The translations under genes and the position numbers were made by a program. The notes under the pieces were generated by a model that saw nothing but the letters and a program-made list of their open reading frames with translations, made no database searches and was not told where the DNA came from. A DNA stretch of 64,000 bases from Thalia democratica (taxonomy: Eukaryota), in the NCBI GenBank assembly GCA_965202585.1, contig OZ241834.1:682001-746000 (forward strand). Reading direction: 5' to 3'. This document shows positions 1 through 12,097 of this stretch, piece by piece (the first letter of the stretch is position 1; every line of letters begins with the position of its first letter).

Positions 1-3000
1 GATTAGGATGTTGGGACAATCATGGGTAGGCGAAGCTATTTCCGCACATACTTGTTTGGAATGCCGAAACCTCATTTTTCGACGGACCCGTTGATTAGGA
101 TGTTGGGACAATCATGGGTAGGCGAAGCTATTTCCGCACATACTTGTTTGGAATGCCGAAACCTCATTTTTCGACGGACCCGTTGATTAGGATGTTGGGA
201 CAATCATGGGTAGGCGAAGCTATTTCCGCACATACTTGTTTGGAATGCCCAAACCTCCTTCTTCGACGAATACGTTGATTAGGATGTTGGGACAATCATG
301 CGGTAGGCGAAGCTATTTCCGCACATACTTGTTTGAAATTCCCAAACCTCCTTTTTCGACGAATACGTTGATTAGGATGTTGGGACAATCATGGGTAGGC
401 GAAGCTATTTCCGCACATACTTGTTTGGAATGCCCAAACCTCATTTTTCGACGGACCCGTTGATTAAAATGCTGAGACAATCATGCGGTAGGCGAAGCTA
501 TTTCCGCACATACTGGTTTGGAATGCCCAAACCTCCTTTTTCGACGAACCTGTTGATTAGGATGTTGGGACAATCATGGGTAGGCGAAGCTATTTCCGTA
601 CATACTTGTTTGGAATGCCCAAACCTCATTTTTCGACGGATACGTTGATTAGGATGTTGGGACAATCATGGGTAGGCGAAGCTATTTCCGCACATACTTG
701 TTTGGAATGCCCAAACCTCCTTTTTCGACGAATACGTTGATTAGGATGTTGAGACAATCATGCGGTAGGCGAAGCTATTTCCGCACATACTTGTTTGGAA
801 TGCCCAAACCTCCTTTTTCGACGGATACGTTGATTAGGATGTTGGGACAATCATGGGTAGGCGAAGCTATTTCCGCACATACTTGTTTGGAATACCGAAA
901 CCTCATTTTTCGACGGACCCGTTGATTAGGATGTTGGGACAATCATGGGTAGGCGAAGCTATTTCCGCACATACTTGTTTGGAATGCCCAAACCTCATTT
1001 TTCGACGGACCCGTTGATTAGGATGTTGGGACAATCATGGGTAGGCGAAGCTATTTCCGCACATACTTGTTTGGAATGCCCAAACCTCCTTTTTCGACGA
1101 ATACGTTGATTAGGATGTTGGGACAATCATGCGGTAGGCGAAGCTATTTCCGCACATACTTGTTTGGAATGCCCAAACCTCCTTTTTCGACGAATACGTT
1201 GATTAGGATGTTTGGACAATCATGGGTAGGCGAAGCTATTTCCGCACATACTGGTTTGGAATGCCCAAACCTCCTTTTTCGACGGACCCGTTGATTAGGA
1301 TGTTGGGACAATCATGGGTAGGCGAAGCTATTTCCGCACATACTGGTTTGGAATGCCCAAAACTCCTTTTTCGACGGATACGTTGATTAGGATGTTGGGA
1401 CAATCATGCGGTAGGCGAAGCTATTTCCGCACATACTTGTTTGGAATGCCCAAACCTCCTTTTTCGACGAACCCGTTGATTAGGATGTTGAGACAATCAT
1501 GGGTAGGCGAAGCTATTTCCGCACATACTTGTTTGGAATGCCGAAACCTCATTTTTCGACGGACCCGTTGATTAGGATGTTGGGACAATCATGGGTAGGC
1601 GAAGCTATTTCCGAACATACTTGTTTGGAATGCCCAAACCTCATTTTTCGACGGATACGTTGATTAGGATGTTGAGACAATCATGCGGTAGGCGAAGCTA
1701 TTTCCGCACATACTTGTTTGGAATGCCGAAACCTCCTTTTTCGACGAATACGTTGATTAGGATGTTGGGACAATCATGCGGTAGGCGAAGCTATTTCCGC
1801 ACATACTTGTTTGGAATGCCGAAACCTCATTTTTCAACGGACCCGTTGATTAGGATGTTGGGACAATCATGGGTAGGCGAAGCTATTTCCGAACATACTT
1901 GTTTGGAATGCCCAAACCTCATTTTTCGACGGATACGTTGATTAGGATGTTGAGACAATCATGCGGTAGGCGAAGCTATTTCCGCACATACTTGTTTGGA
2001 ATGCCCAAACCTCCTTTTTCGACGAATACGTTGATTAGGATGTTGGGACAATCATGGGTAGGCGAAGCTATTTCCGCACATACTTGTTTGGAATGCCGAA
2101 ACCTCATTTTTCGACGGACCCGTTGATTAGGATGTTGGGACAATCATGGGTAGGCGAAGCTATTTCCGAACATACTTGTTTGGAATGCCCAAACCTCCTT
2201 TTTCGACGAATACGTTGATTAGGATGTTGGGACAATCATGCGGTAGGCGAAGCTATTTCCGCACATACTTGTTTGGAATGCCCAAACCTCGTTTTTCGAC
2301 GGATACGTTGATTAGGATGTTGAGACAATCATGGGTAGGCGAAGCTATTTCCGCACATACTGGTTTGAAATTCCCAAACCTCCTTCTTCGACGAATACGT
2401 TGATTAGGATGTTGGGACAATCATGGGTAGGCGAAGCTATTTCCGCACATACTTGTTTGGAATGCCCAAACCTCCTTTTTCGACGGACCCGTTGATTAGG
2501 ATGTTGGGACAATCATGGGTAGGCGAAGCTATTTCCGTACATACTTGTTTGGAATGCCCAAACCTCATTTTTCGACGGATACGTTGATTAGGATGTTGAG
2601 ACAATCATGCGGTAGGCGAAGCTATTTCCGCACATACTTCTTTGGAATGCCGAAACCTCCTTTTTCGACGAATACGTTGATTAGGATGTTGGGACAATCA
2701 TGGGTAGGCGAAGCTATTTCCGCACATACTGGTTTGGAATGCCCAAACCTCATTTTTCGACGGATACGTTGATTAGGATGTTGGGACAATCATGGGTAGG
2801 CGAAGCTATTTCCGCACATACTGGTTTGAAATTCCCAAACCTCCTTCTTCGACGAATACGTTGATTAGGATGTTGGGACAATCATGGGTAGGCGAAGCTA
2901 TTTCCGCACATACTTGTTTGGAATGCCCAAACCTCCTTTTTCGACGAACCCGTTGATTAGGATGTTGGGACAATCATGGGTAGGCGAAGCTATTTCCGAA

Positions 3001-3491
3001 CATACTTGTTTGGAATGCCCAAACCTCCTTTTTCGACGAATACGTTGATTAGGATGTTGGGACAATCATGCGGTAGGCGAAGCTATTTCCGCACATACTG
3101 GTTTGAAATTCCCAAACCTCCTTTTTCGACGGATACGTTGATTAGGATGTTGAGACAATCATGGGTAGGCGAAGCTATTTCCGCACATACTTGTTTGGAA
3201 TGCCCAAACCTCATTTTTCGACGGATACATTGATTAGGATGTTGGGACAATCATGGGTAGGCGAAGCTATTTCCGCACATACTTGTTTGGAATGCCCAAA
3301 CCTCCTTTTTCGACGGATACGTTGATTAGGATGTTGGGACAATCATGCGGTAGGCGAAGCTATTTCCGCACATACATGTTTGGAATGCCCAAACCTCATT
3401 TTTCGACGAATACGTTGATTAGGATGTTGGGACAATCATGGGTAGGCGAAGCTATTTCCGCACATACTTGTTTGGAATGCCCAAACCTCAT
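1..3491. repeat. Satellite array 1: ~38 tandem 92/93-bp units derived from the thumb-coding region of a non-LTR RT (RT sense on minus strand); runs off the window start
   Basis: GATTAGGATG recurs at 1, 93, 185 and onward. Units carry CATGGGTAGG (92 bp) or CATGCGGTAGG (93 bp). The reverse complement of the 93-bp unit translates to NKYVRK*LRLPHDCPNILINVFVEKGGLGIP. Confidence 0.97.
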
Positions 3492-3494
3492 AGG

Positions 3495-6400
3495 AAAGAT
3501 AATTGTAGAAATATGAAATTATTTTAATAAATGGTGTAGTTTTTTCTTTGCGTTTTCAGTTTATTCATACTTGATTATGGGGTAGCTTATATAATTGTTA
3601 GGTTGTTTATCAAAACTATAATTACTAAGATAATTTCCAAAATTGATACCTTTGTTTTTTACTTGCAATTAGCTGAAAATTGATAGAAAATATATCAGAG
3701 AGTATCAGCTTCATCAAAGCCTAATCGAAACACCTAAGAATAACAGCATTGGAAAGTTGATTGAAAAAATATGAAATTATTTTAATAAATGGTGTAGTGT
3801 TTTGTTGCGTTTTCAGTTTTTTTCTTACTTGATTATGGTGTATCTTTTATAATTGTTAAGTCGGTTATCGACACTTTAATTACTATAAGACTTCTAATAG
3901 TAATACCTTTGTTTTTCTAGTTGCATTTAGCTGACAATTATTAGAAAATATCTCATAGAGTATCAGCTTTATCAAAGCCCAGTCGAACCAGCTAAGAATG
4001 ACTGCATTGCAAAGATAATTGTAGATATATGAAATTATTTCGATAGATGGTGTAGTGTTTTGTTGCGTTTTCAGTGTTTTTCATACTTGATTATGGGGTA
4101 ATTTTTATAATTGTTAGGTCGTTTATAAACACTTTAAGTACTAAGATAATTTATAGAAGTGATATATTTGATTTTCTATTTGCATTCAGCCGAAAATTAA
4201 ATGAAATAATCTCTAAAAGTATTAGCTTTATCAAAGCCCAGTCAAACCAACTAAGAATGACTGCATTGCAAAGATAATTGTAGAAGTATGAAATTATTTT
4301 AATAAATGGTGTAGTGTTTTGTTGCGTATTTAGTTTTTTTAATACTTGATTATGGAGTAACTTTGATAATTGTTAAGTCGTTTATAAACGCTTTATTTAC
4401 TAAAATAATTTCTAAAAGTAATAACTTTGATTTTCTTGTTGCAATTAGCTGAAAATTATTAGAAAATATCTTATAGAATCTCAGCTTTATCAAAGCCCGG
4501 TCGAACCATCTAAGTATGACTGCATTGCAAAGATAATTGTAGATATATGAAATTATTTTAATAAATGGTGTAGTGTTTTGTTGCGTTTTCAGTTTTTTTC
4601 ATACTTGATTATGGGGTAAGTTTTCTAATTATTAGGTCGTTTATCAACATTTTAATCACTGTGATAATTGTAGAAGTATGAAATTATTTTAATAAATGGT
4701 TTAGTGTTTTGTTGCGTTTTCAGTGTTTTTCATATTTGATTATTGGGTAACTTTTATAATTGTTAGGTCGTTTATCAATGCATTATTTACCAAAATAATT
4801 TTTAAAAGTGATAACTTTGATTTTCTAGTCGCATTTAGCTGAAAATTATTAGAAAATATCTTATCTTATAGAATCTCAGCTTTATCAAAGCCAAGTCGAA
4901 CCAGCTAATAATGACTGCATTGAAAAGATAATTGTAAATATATGAAATAATTTGATTAATTGTGTAGTGTTTTCTTGCGTTTACAGTTTTTTTCATACTT
5001 CATTATGGGGTCACTTTTCTAAATATAAGGTCGTTTGTCAACACTTTTATTACTAGGATAACTTCTAATACTGATAACTTTGATTTTATAGTTGCATTTA
5101 GCTTATAATTATTATAAAATATATCTGAGAGTATCAGTTTTAACAAAACCCAGTCGAACCAGCTATTAATGACTGCATTGCAAAGATAATGGCAGAAATT
5201 TAAAATTATTTTAATAAATGGTGTACTGTTTTGTCGCGTTTTCAGTTTTTTTTTTTATACTTGATTATGGAGTAACTTTTATAATTGTTAGGTCGTTTAT
5301 CGACACTTTAATTACTAAGATATCTTCTTAAAGTGATACCTTTGTTTTTCTAGTTGCATTTAGCCGAAAATTATTAGAAATTATCTCTAAGAGCATTAGC
5401 TTTTTCAAAGCCCAGTCAAACCATCTAAGAATGACTGCATTGAAAATATAATTGTAGAAATATAAAATTATTTTAATAAATGGTGTAGTGTTTTGTTGCG
5501 TTTTCATTTTATTCATACTTTATTATGGTGTATCTAATATAAATGTTAGGTCGTTTATCAACACTTTAATTACTAAGATAACTTGTAAAATTGATAATTT
5601 TGATTTTATAGTCGCATTTAGCTGATAATTATTATAAAAAATATCTGAGAATTACAGTTTTATCAAAGCCGAGTTGAACCAGCTAAGAATGACTGCATTG
5701 CAAAGATAAAAATAAAAACAGAAATTTTTTTAATAAATGGTGTAGTGTTTTGTTGCATTTTCAGTTTTTTTCATACTTAATTTTTGGGTAACTTTTATAA
5801 TTGTTAGGTCGTTTCACAACACTTTAATTAATAAAATAACTTCTGGAAGTGATAACTTTGTTTTTCTAGTTGCATTTAGCTGAAGGTTATTAGAAATTAT
5901 CCTTAAGAGTATTAGCTTTTTCAAAGCCCAGTGGAACCATCTTAGAATGACTGCATTGCAAAGATAATCGTAGAAACTTAAAATTATTCTAATAAATGGT
6001 GTAGTATTTTGTTGCGTTTTCAGTTTTTTCATACTTGATTATGGGGTATATTTTATAATTGTTAGGTCGTTTATCAACGCTTTATTTACCAAAATAATTT
6101 CTAAAAGTGATAACTTTGATTTTCTTGTTGCAATTAGCTGAGAATTATTAGAAAATATTTTATCTTATAGAGTCTCAGCTTTATCGAAGCCCAGTCGAAC
6201 CAGCTAATAATGACTGCATTAAGAAAATAATTGTAGATATATGAAATTATTTTAATAAATGGTTTAGTGTTTTGTTACGTTTTCAGTGTTTTTCGTACTT
6301 GATTATGGGGTAACTTTTACAATTGTAGGTCGTTTATCAACACGTTAATTACTATGAAAACTTCTAAAAGTAATACCTTTGTTTTTCTAATTGCATTTAG

Positions 6401-7561
6401 CTGATAATTGATAGAAATATCTAAGAGAGTATCAGCTTTATCTAAGCCCACTCGAACCATCTAAGAATGACTGCATTGCAAAGATAATGGTAGAAATTTG
6501 AAATTATTTTAATAAATGGTGTAGTGTTTTTTTGCATTTTCAGTTTATTAATACTTGATTATGGGTAAATTTTATAATTGTTAGGTCGTTTCACAACACT
6601 TTAATTACTAATATAACTTCTAGAAGTATTAACTTTGTTTTTCTAGTTGCATTAAGCTGACAAATATTAGAAAATATCGTATCTTATAGAATCTCAGCTT
6701 TATCGAAGCCCAGTCGATCCAGCTAAGTATGACTGATTGCAAAGATAATTGTAGGAATATGAAATTGTTTTAATAAATGGTTTAGTGTTTTGTTGCGTTT
6801 TCAGTGTTTTTCATACTTGATTATGGGGTAACTTTTACAATTGTTAAGTCGTTTATCAACACTTAAATTACTATGAAAACTTCTTAAAGTCATACCTTTG
6901 TTTTTCTAGTTGCATTTCGCTGACAATTATTAGAAAATATCTCAGAGAGTATCAGCTTTATCAAAGCCCAGTCAAACCATCTAAGAATGACTGCATTGCA
7001 AAGATAATTGTAGAAATACGGAATTATTTTAATAAATGCTATAGTATTTTGTTGAGTTTTCAGTGTTTTTCATACTTGATTGTTGAGTAATTTTTACAAT
7101 TGTAAGTCGTTTATCAACACTTTAATTACTATAAAAACTTCTAAAGGTAATACCTTTGTTTTTCTAAATGCATTTAGCTGACAATTGATAGAAAATATCT
7201 CAGAGAGTATCAGCTTTATCTAAGCCCACTCGAACCATTTAAGAATGACTGCATTGCAAAGATAATTGTAGAAATTTAAAATTATTTTAATAAATGCTGT
7301 AGTTTTTTCTTTGCGTTTTCAGTTTCTTTATACTTGATTATTGGGTAACTATTCTAATTGTTAGGTCGTTTATCAACACTTTAATTACTAAGATAATTTA
7401 TAGAAGTGATATATTTGATTTTCTACTTGCATTTAGCCGAAAATTAATTGAAATTATCTCTAAAAGTATCAGCTTTATCAAAGCCCAGTCGAAAATCTAA
7501 GAATGACTGCATTCGAAGATAATTGTACAAGTATGAAATTATTTTAATAAATGGTGTAGTG
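3495..7561. repeat. Satellite array 2, left part: diverged ~260-bp AT-rich tandem units
   Basis: The motif GAATGACTGCATTGCAAAGATAATTGTAG recurs about every 260 bp (e.g. 3996, 4255). Monomers differ visibly by many substitutions and small indels. Confidence 0.95.
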
Positions 7562-8403
7562 CAGGGTTTCCCAAACTCATTTACTAAATCGCCCCCTTTT
7601 CAGAAATTTGAAAAAAAATCGCCCCCCACAATTTTAAAAAGTAGTTTTTCTTTTGAGTACAAACTTTTGAGCTAAAAAAAGTTGTGTACGAAATGTAATT
7701 TAGCCTGGTACATCTTATGCACGCACTTTAGTGTTCAAAGTAGTTTACAAGGCTTGAGAAAATAATTTACAGTTATTTTCTTAGAAGCCCAGTAAAGTGT
7801 ATTAAAATACTTAATTATTAAAAAGCCTTGTGTAATCTGTAATCAGTCTTGTTTAAATATGAACTGTTGTGAAACTGGTGAAACTTTAAGGCCAGTAGTG
7901 GACAACTTTTGTAGTCAGCAATTCATATTTACTAAAATATCTTTTCTAGTTTCAACTCGTTAAAAAAAGGTAAATGCGGGCTGCATGATTTTAAAAAGTA
8001 ACAAATAAGAAAATTAAAAAATTGAGCAAAATTGTAAAAAAATTATTTAGTATTATTGTGATCTAGAAAATACTATTGTGAACTGAAAGCGAAATGAAAG
8101 CGTATTTCAAAATGTTAAGTATCAAAAAACTAAATTTTATTTATTTTGCACAAGTAGTTTTCAATTTACTTAGCGGGTTGAAATTCAACTGGATCTGCGA
8201 CTCAATCTGAGCCATACGTTACCCATCTGAAATTTTAACTGAAACCTGACATTATAATAATATCACATATAACAAATTTCGGACATTTAGAAGTTAATAC
8301 TAAGTAACTTATTTAAGCCACACAAAATACTTAAATTATTTTATAAATAGGCATATTTTAAAATAACTATACCAGAGATTAAAAAACTATAAAATAATGA
8401 ACA

Positions 8404-9606
8404 CATGGTTGCCACTGGTCAAGCTGAGAAAAAATTCCTGACTTTTTACCAAAATTTTCCTGACTTTTATAAACCAAACTCTTAAATTAAACTTATTCTA
8501 AAATACATAATCTAACACTTGAAATTATATAAAGCTTTCAATCTAATTTTTATACAGGTTAAAAACAACAGTTTTTTGCTGAACTCTATCATCAAACTTC
8601 CAGTACTTAAGTGAAGTAATTTAAAAAAAAAAGACATAAAAAAGTAAACTATATATCTGATGTATAAAATATTTCCTCTAATCATTTAGTATAAAATTTG
8701 TAAAAAATAAATATACTCTTATTTACTTTAAAAACTTAAGTTACTCTACAAAAAATACAAATAATGTGTAAACTTAATCTTGGCATATACCTCTCTTAAA
8801 ACTTATTTCATAAATTTAAACAACTTTAAAAAATTATAAAGAGATAAGGTATACACATCAACTTGATCCATAAAATACTAAACTAACTGCTTAACTATAA
8901 AGAACTTAACTATTTACTTAAACAAAAAACACTTAGATTCTAAAATTATGCTAGATAAACTTCTGTGTATATATCAGTTTCACTATGGAAGTGTCCTTGC
9001 TACAGATTATCAATACTAAAAAGCTTACAAAATCTGCTTGTTAAAGTAGGGTACTTGTTCAATATGTTAATAGAAATTTTTTGCAGTTTTATAAAGGATA
9101 TTTTATTTCGAAAGCAAAATTATTGGATTCTATTAGCAAATTTCTATCGTGACGTAACTATAGTGGTAGGATGGAGCTTATTTTCATTTCTACTGATACT
9201 GACGTCGTTCCAAGGACGCATACAAATTTTCATCAACAATAACCGAGTTACTTTGCTGAAATCGTGTTCCAATTTTATTTTTACAATTTCCACTGTGAGG
9301 AGTTTTTTATCTTAACTTATACCAGGTGAAGGCTTGGAAATAAAATTGAATATTTTTGTAAATTTCTAGGAAAATTTTGGAATTTTTTTCTGACTTCAAA
9401 GGACTTTTAATTAATTTTACCCTTTGAAGGCTTTGGAAAACAAGGAATTTTGTAAAATTAAAATGACATAATCTGACTTTTTTTTAATTTTATTAAATTT
9501 CCTGACTTTTCCTGACTTTTTTCAAAACCCCCCCATTTTTCCTGATTTTTTTCTTTTTCTGACTTTTCCTGATTTCCTGACTTTTCCTGACCGAGTGGCA
9601 ACCCTG
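8404..9606. mobile_element. Nested non-autonomous TIR element (hAT-like, CAGGGTTGCCACT ends), 1.2 kb
   Basis: Left end CATGGTTGCCACTGGTCA; right end TGACCGAGTGGCAACCCTG. Subterminal TTCCTGACTTTT repeats at both ends. Flanked by the direct repeat TGAACA (8398-8403, 9607-9612). Confidence 0.85.
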
Positions 9607-10614
9607 TGAACAGTTTATTTTAATTTTTTATTTTATTATGTATAAAATAAACATTGAAAAATAATTTCTGATCTAGTTTAAGGAAGTTTGACCGACTGGT
9701 GATTATCTTACATGAAAAGTGGTTTCATCAACAGCTTCAATTAATGCAGTAAATTTATTAATTTCAATGCTAAGATATATTGTAAGCAAGTTAGTTGTAA
9801 AATTAAAAATTTAATTTCAATTTTTTTAAACTATTTGTTTTGTAGTACAACACCATGTAATAGTATTTGACTTGGAATAATCTTTAGGGAACTAAACCTT
9901 AATTCTAACAATTTTTTTTCTTTATTAAAATTCAAAAATAAAAAATCCAATGTTTTACAGTTAATTCTGAGAACAGAAAGTAATCAATTAAAAAAAACTT
10001 TTAACTAGATTAAATTTTTTTTTGTAACTGTAGCAGTCTTTCTGATGGCTTATTTAGTTCTGTTTAAAAAGTTTTTTTTTCTAGCTATTAGCCTCTAATA
10101 AGTTAACAGAGGAAAACAGTGAAAAACTAAAAGCTAGTGTTGAAGTATTAAAATAAACTAAGTATGTTCTAATTGCTAATATATGTTGAATTAAGATAAT
10201 ACAAAAAACAGTTGTATTAGTAGTTTAAAACTCCTTATATAATAATAATTTTTTTAACAATAATAAATAAAGTTAGAAAATAAAATTGAGTTTAAGAAAC
10301 TTTTAAATGAAAACGTAGAAGTCATTTGAAATAGAGACCTCAAATTTATACTCTTTTAAAACCGAAAAATTCTTTATAGACATAAAAACTTTAATGGTTA
10401 CCAGAACTTTACAATCAGATAATAGTTATATAGTGATATAAGTTATATACAGATTAAACAAGTAATAACAAAAACCTGTCTTTCAAACAAATATTTTAAT
10501 CACTATGCTATAAAAACTTTTAGTGTAATGTAAAACGACGAATATGAACTACAAAATTAACAAGGTCAAAATAAAACTATTAACAACTTTAAAACATAAA
10601 CCATTTAATAAATA

Positions 10615-10931
10615 TAGTTGACTTCCTCTTAAGTTCGCACTTTGAAAAAAATCAAAAAGTGCAAACTCAGAAAATTATTACAATTTTTTTTTTACAAAAT
10701 GACAAATTTCAATATGTTATATGCAATAATGTTAAGATTAAACATGAAATCCACTTCAATATAAAACAAACTTTCATTAAAAAAAAGATCTATACAAGCT
10801 TTTAAATATTATATATATTTTGTTTTATAAATATTTAGTTAGTAATAGACTTTACTTAAGTTAAATTAAAAAAAATATAAATTTGCACTTTTTTTTGGGT
10901 AAAAAAGACGAACTCAAGAGGAAGTCTACTA
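10615..10931. mobile_element. MITE (~320 bp) with TA target duplication, Tc1/mariner-like
   Basis: TAGTTGACTTCCTCTTAAGTTCG and CGAACTCAAGAGGAAGTCTACTA form a 23-bp inverted repeat with 2 mismatches. TA lies on both sides. Confidence 0.75.
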
Positions 10932-11111
10932 TAATTAATATTTATTAGGCATTATGCAAACCTGTTGTAGAATAAATAACTTAATAAAGTTATTATTTTA
11001 AAAAGACTACTGAAATACAATACAAACCGGGCTAAATAAGAAATATTTCAAAAGATCAAATAAAATTAAAAAACTTTCAAAAAATAATGTCTGCTACTGA
11101 AGTCTAATAAT

Positions 11112-11443
11112 ATGTGAAGGATAAGGTTCATGACTGCTTGCAAGTTTTTCTAATCTGATTCTTAATCAGTAAAATAGAGCCTTAAGTCACCTCTTCTATA
11201 AATATCTAGATTAGATCTTTTGCTCAAGATGCTGATAACTGAACTGAAAGCTTTCTCAACATTATAGCTAAAAGGAAAAGCTATAAACAACAGTCTTAAT
11301 TCCTCTCAAATGATTGGATACTTTTGCCTTAGTTTTTGTTAAGTCCAAAAGCTTTCATATCGTTATTTGGAAGAACTTTCTTTAAGTTCAAGGTCAGTTT
11401 GTAAGTCGTTTACTTCAAAAGTATCTGCCTCGAAAGGATCCAT
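11112..11443 (-). pseudogene. hAT transposase C-terminal (dimerisation) remnant with several stops
   Basis: Minus-strand translation ...ESFWT*QKLRQKYPII*EELRLLFIAFPFSYNVEKAFSSVISILSKRSNLDIYRRGDLRLYFTD..., then KLASSHEPYPSH after a frameshift. This matches the FPSSYLVERGFS...RGDLRL...HPSH end of Charlie/ZBED-type transposases. Confidence 0.88.
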
Positions 11444-12097
11444 ATTTTTATCTATCTGATAGCTTTTTTGTGTCAAATCTAAATTTAACTACTTAATATG
11501 TTAAAATTGTTAAAAATTCCAGATTTTTTCTAAGTTATTTTTTTGCCTAAATTGTCAAATTTCAGAATTTTCCAGGTTTCTAGGTAAATTGGCAACTCTG
11601 TATAGTTTTATTTCTTAGTCTAACTTAGTGACTTTTCAAAAAAAAAAAAAAACTGGAAATATCATGAGGTGATAGTTAATAATAAATAACATAGATTTTT
11701 ACAAACCATTTATGATCCCAAATAACATATATGTCAGGTTATAAAATAGTGAGAGGGATTTAAATCGTCTATGATCTATGTAATTGTTAAATAAGGAAAT
11801 ATTTACTTGAAAGTAGGAGTCATAAGCACTTGATTTTTTTTTCTATCTGTTACATAAATAAAAGAAACTTTTTTTTTCAAGTTTCACCTCAGGGTCAAAT
11901 AAATAATAGCAAGCTAAAATTAGTAAAATAGCAAGAAAAAAAGTAAAAATCTTATGACAGCCCAAAATTTTAAAATCGCCCTCTTTTCGCCCTCTTACTA
12001 GTTATCGCCCACCCTTTCGCCCCCTTACTAATTATCGCCCCCCAAATTACTAAAATCGCCCCCAGGGGGGCGATATCGCCCACTTTGGGAAACCCTG

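Larger units (their letters stand above)
7562..12097 (-). mobile_element. hAT DNA transposon (Charlie-like), 4.5 kb, internally deleted, inserted in satellite 2 and carrying nested elements
   Basis: Perfect 14-bp TIR CAGGGTTTCCCAAA (7562-7575) / TTTGGGAAACCCTG (12084-12097). 8-bp TSD GTGTAGTG (7554-7561, 12098-12105). Subterminal TCGCCC repeats at both ends. Transposase remnant at 11112-11443. Confidence 0.95.

Noticed and set aside
1-3491. CRISPR-like array or repeated 85-aa protein genes
   Set aside because: Whole units are repeated with no unique spacers and there are no cas genes. The plus-strand ORFs are antisense to the RT-derived frame and arise from the 92/93-bp phasing.
11500-11600. 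Possible TIR end GGCAACTCTG with subterminal TTCCAG motifs
   Set aside because: No partner end or TSD found, so no element could be delimited.
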